Made by a program: the position numbers and the translations under genes | Shown here: positions 60,780 to 64,000 of the stretch, piece by piece | Numbering within the stretch: position 1 is the first letter of the stretch | How the letters are laid out: the number at the start of each line of letters is the position of its first letter | The notes under the pieces: model-generated | Seen by the model: the letters and a program-made list of their open reading frames with translations, nothing else | The model's database searches: none | Told to the model about the DNA's origin: nothing | From: Octopus sinensis | Taxonomy: Eukaryota | DNA: 64,000 nucleotides | NCBI RefSeq assembly: GCF_006345805.1 | Contig: NC_042999.1 | Coordinates: forward strand, 2,666,001-2,730,000 | Direction of reading: 5' to 3'

Positions 60780-61249
60780 GTCTATATGTTTCTGTGCACG
60801 TGTGTGTGTGTGTATGCGTGCATGTATGTGTCTGGATAGGGGATAAAATAATTACAATTCTGAGTGTCGTTTTAATTTCATTTCCTCATAATAACTTCAA
60901 TTATTGATTAACCAAAATATTTCCCATTTCTTTTCTGAGGGGAAAATAAAGTTCTTCGTAGAAGGCGTGTAGTAGAAAAGAAAAATATGTTGAAAAGAAA
61001 AAAAGAAAAAAGAACAGAGGAGGCTGAAATTTAACACCAAGAATACTTTTCTTTATGCTTCCTCTTAAATAAATTGACTTAGGCGCTTAAATTTATATGA
61101 CTGAGAAAGAGACATAACCGATGCCTCCAAACTATACTTATGTCGTCCAGGAAAAAGCAGGGAAAAAATATAAAGGAAAAAACAATGTTTAAACTTAACA
61201 CTTTCTTGCAACATGTGTACATACATATATATATAGACACGAGGGACTC

Positions 61250-61617
61250 GTTGTTGTTGTTGTTGTTGGTTTTGTTGCAGTTGCTGCTGCTGTTATTTTT
61301 GTTGTTGTTGTTGATGATGCTGTTGTTGTTGTTGTTGATGATGATGATGATGATGATACTGTTGTTGTTTTGTTGCTGTTGTTGCTTTTGTTTTTTTTTG
61401 TTGTTGTTGTTGTTGTTGCTGCTGATGTTGTTGTTGCTGCTGTTATTTTTGTTGTTGTTGTTGTTGATGCTGCTGTTGTTGTTGTTGATGATGATGATGA
61501 TGATGATACTGTTGTTGTTCTTTTTGTTTTTGTTGTTTTTGTTGTTGTTGCTGCTGTTATTTTTGTCGTTGTTGTTGATACTGCTGTTGTTGTTGTTGTT
61601 TTTGTTGTTGTTGTTTT

Positions 61618-61670
<53 letters not shown>

Positions 61671-61850
61671 TGGCGCGGTATTGATAATCAATTTGCAATT
61701 TATAAAATAAACCTTAAAATATATAAATGTTTTTTTGTAGTGGTGGTGGTGGTCGTGGTGGTGGTGTTGATCGTCGTCATGGAGGTGGAGGGTGTGTTGT
61801 TATTGTTGTTGTTGTTCATGATGTTGTTGTTGTTGTTTCCGTTGTAGGAT
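61250..61850 (+). repeat. (GTT/GAT/GCT)n compound trinucleotide tract
   Basis: Seen directly, with internal duplication. Confidence 0.9.
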
Positions 61851-62595
61851 GATATATAAAATTTCAAGAAGGCTGAAGTAAATAACAATTTACTTACCTA
61901 TTTGACTTAAGGGATATTTATTCAAGAAAGACAAAAATGAAATGACGAAGTTATGTGCATGTATATATGTGTGTGTGTATATATATGTGTGTGTATATAT
62001 GTGTGTGTGTGTAAATACACACATATATATGTATGTATTACTGTACATATATAAATATAGATGATTTTATATATATATATTATATATATATATAGATAGT
62101 TAGATAGAAAGATATATATATATATATATAGATAGATACATACATACAAAGATGGATAGATATAGATATATATTATACATACATTATATATTTAAATATA
62201 TACATTTACAAATATATATATACATTATACATACATTATATATTTAAATATACACATTTACAAATATATATATATATGTATATATATATATATGCACACA
62301 TACATATCAATATTATATAAATACATATAGATGCATATACACACACATGCACACACATATATCTATATGAATGTATACAGAAGGAGAGAGAGAGAGAGAG
62401 AGAGAGAGGCATATCGGATGGTACTTGTGCCGCAGAACATAATACAGCAACAGCAGTGACAATTAATTCAAACACTAATGTAATACAATAACATTGCAAA
62501 TTTTGGGGAAAAGATTGAAAAGTATGTGTGTATATATACACACACACATAGACACATACACATATACATATATGTATATATTATAAACATATTCA

Positions 62596-62650
<55 letters not shown>

Positions 62651-62907
62651 TTATACATGTATACATATATATTCACACGCACACACACACAGTATATGCA
62701 TGTATATGTGTGTATATACATACACACACACATATATATATTATATATATCTATATACATACATACTCACGCACACACAGATATATATATTAGATATATA
62801 TATATATATATATATAATATATATATATATAAATATATATATTATATGTATATATGTGTGTATATATATATATATATATTATATATATCTATATATATAT
62901 TTATTAT

Positions 62908-63240
62908 ATTGACTGGCTTCCATGTCGGTGGCATGCAAAAATAACGGCGGCACGTGAAAAAACACTCAAGCGAGGTCATTGCCAGTGCCACTGGACTGGC
63001 TCCTGTGCAGGTGGCACACATAAAAAACACCGTTTGAGCGTGGCCTGTGCCAGTACCTCCTGACTGACTCTTGTGCAGGTGGAACATAAAAGCACCCACT
63101 ACACTTTCGGAGTGGTTGGCGTTAGGAAGGGCATCCAGCTGTAGAATCTCTGCCTGGTGCTGCCATCTGGTTTGCCAGTCCTCAGTCAAATCGGCCAACA
63201 CATGCCAGCATGGAAAGCGGACGTTAAACAATGGTGATAT
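62908..63240 (+). mobile_element. RTE LINE 3' end with 3 UTR units
   Basis: Conserved terminus with a short internal deletion; (TA)n on both flanks. Confidence 0.85.
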
Positions 63241-63519
63241 ATATATATTATATATATATATATACACACACACATACGCATATATAAATGTACTACATTT
63301 ATATATACATCTAAACATTACTTGTAATTCAACATGTAACATAGCGACAACAGTAACAACTACTACTACTACTACTACTACAATAATAATTAACAATAAA
63401 CAATACCAGAATGTCAAGAACAACAACATTTAGATTAGAGGAAAATAAGACCAAAAAATTGAATTGTTATAATTAACTTTCAACGAAATTGTTATGACAA
63501 AGTAAAGAGACCAAAGTTA

Positions 63520-64000
63520 AAACACACACACACACATACACACATTCATACACATATATACAACACATACACACACATTCATACACATATATACAACACA
63601 TACAAATATACATATATATACAACATGTATAGAAACACATACACACACATTCATACACATATATATATAATATGTACAAATATACATATATACAACACGT
63701 ATAGAAACACATACACACACATTCATACACATATATATATAATACGTACAAATATACATATATACAACACATATACAAACACATACACACACATTCATAC
63801 ACATATATACAACACATACAAATATACATATATACAACATATATACAAACACACACACACACATTCATACACACATATATATAACACATATACAAATAAA
63901 CATGCATACACACACACACAAATATGCACATACATGCACATTCATACACACATATATAGAACACATACAAATAAACACTTACGCACATACACACACAAAA
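63520..64000 (+). repeat. CA/TA-rich minisatellite with higher-order units
   Basis: Recurring CATACACACACATTCATACACATATAT. Confidence 0.85.

Overview
AT-rich, repeat-saturated eukaryotic non-coding DNA (intergenic or deep intronic). I recognise no host protein-coding gene, rRNA, true tRNA or CRISPR array. The repeat families and the (TA)n/(CA)n/(ATG)n/(CATA)n microsatellites match what I recall from octopod cephalopod (Octopus-like) genomes; this is recall, not a search result. Main contents: (1) a young 5'-truncated RTE-type LINE (about 5888-10620, minus) with an open RT ORF containing a PHD-like finger, whose 3' UTR holds a 2.75-kb higher-order array of 61/62-bp units; (2) about 16 further 3'-end copies of the same LINE family; (3) several tRNA-headed SINE families that swap head, core and tail modules; (4) decayed Tc1/mariner, Mutator, Gypsy, Penelope (GIY-YIG) and Helitron-like relics and MITEs. 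The most striking hand-read signal is a set of minimal type I hammerhead ribozyme motifs: four look intact or nearly so (16637-16682, 21060-21120, 47719-47802, 58746-58808) and about ten are decayed. Most sit in Penelope-like or SINE-like elements, some in direct/inverted repeat architectures. Nearly all ORFs in the supplied track are microsatellite or tandem-array artefacts. Repeat boundaries were read by eye and may be off by 10-20 bp; labels B-E, G and T1-T4 are my own.
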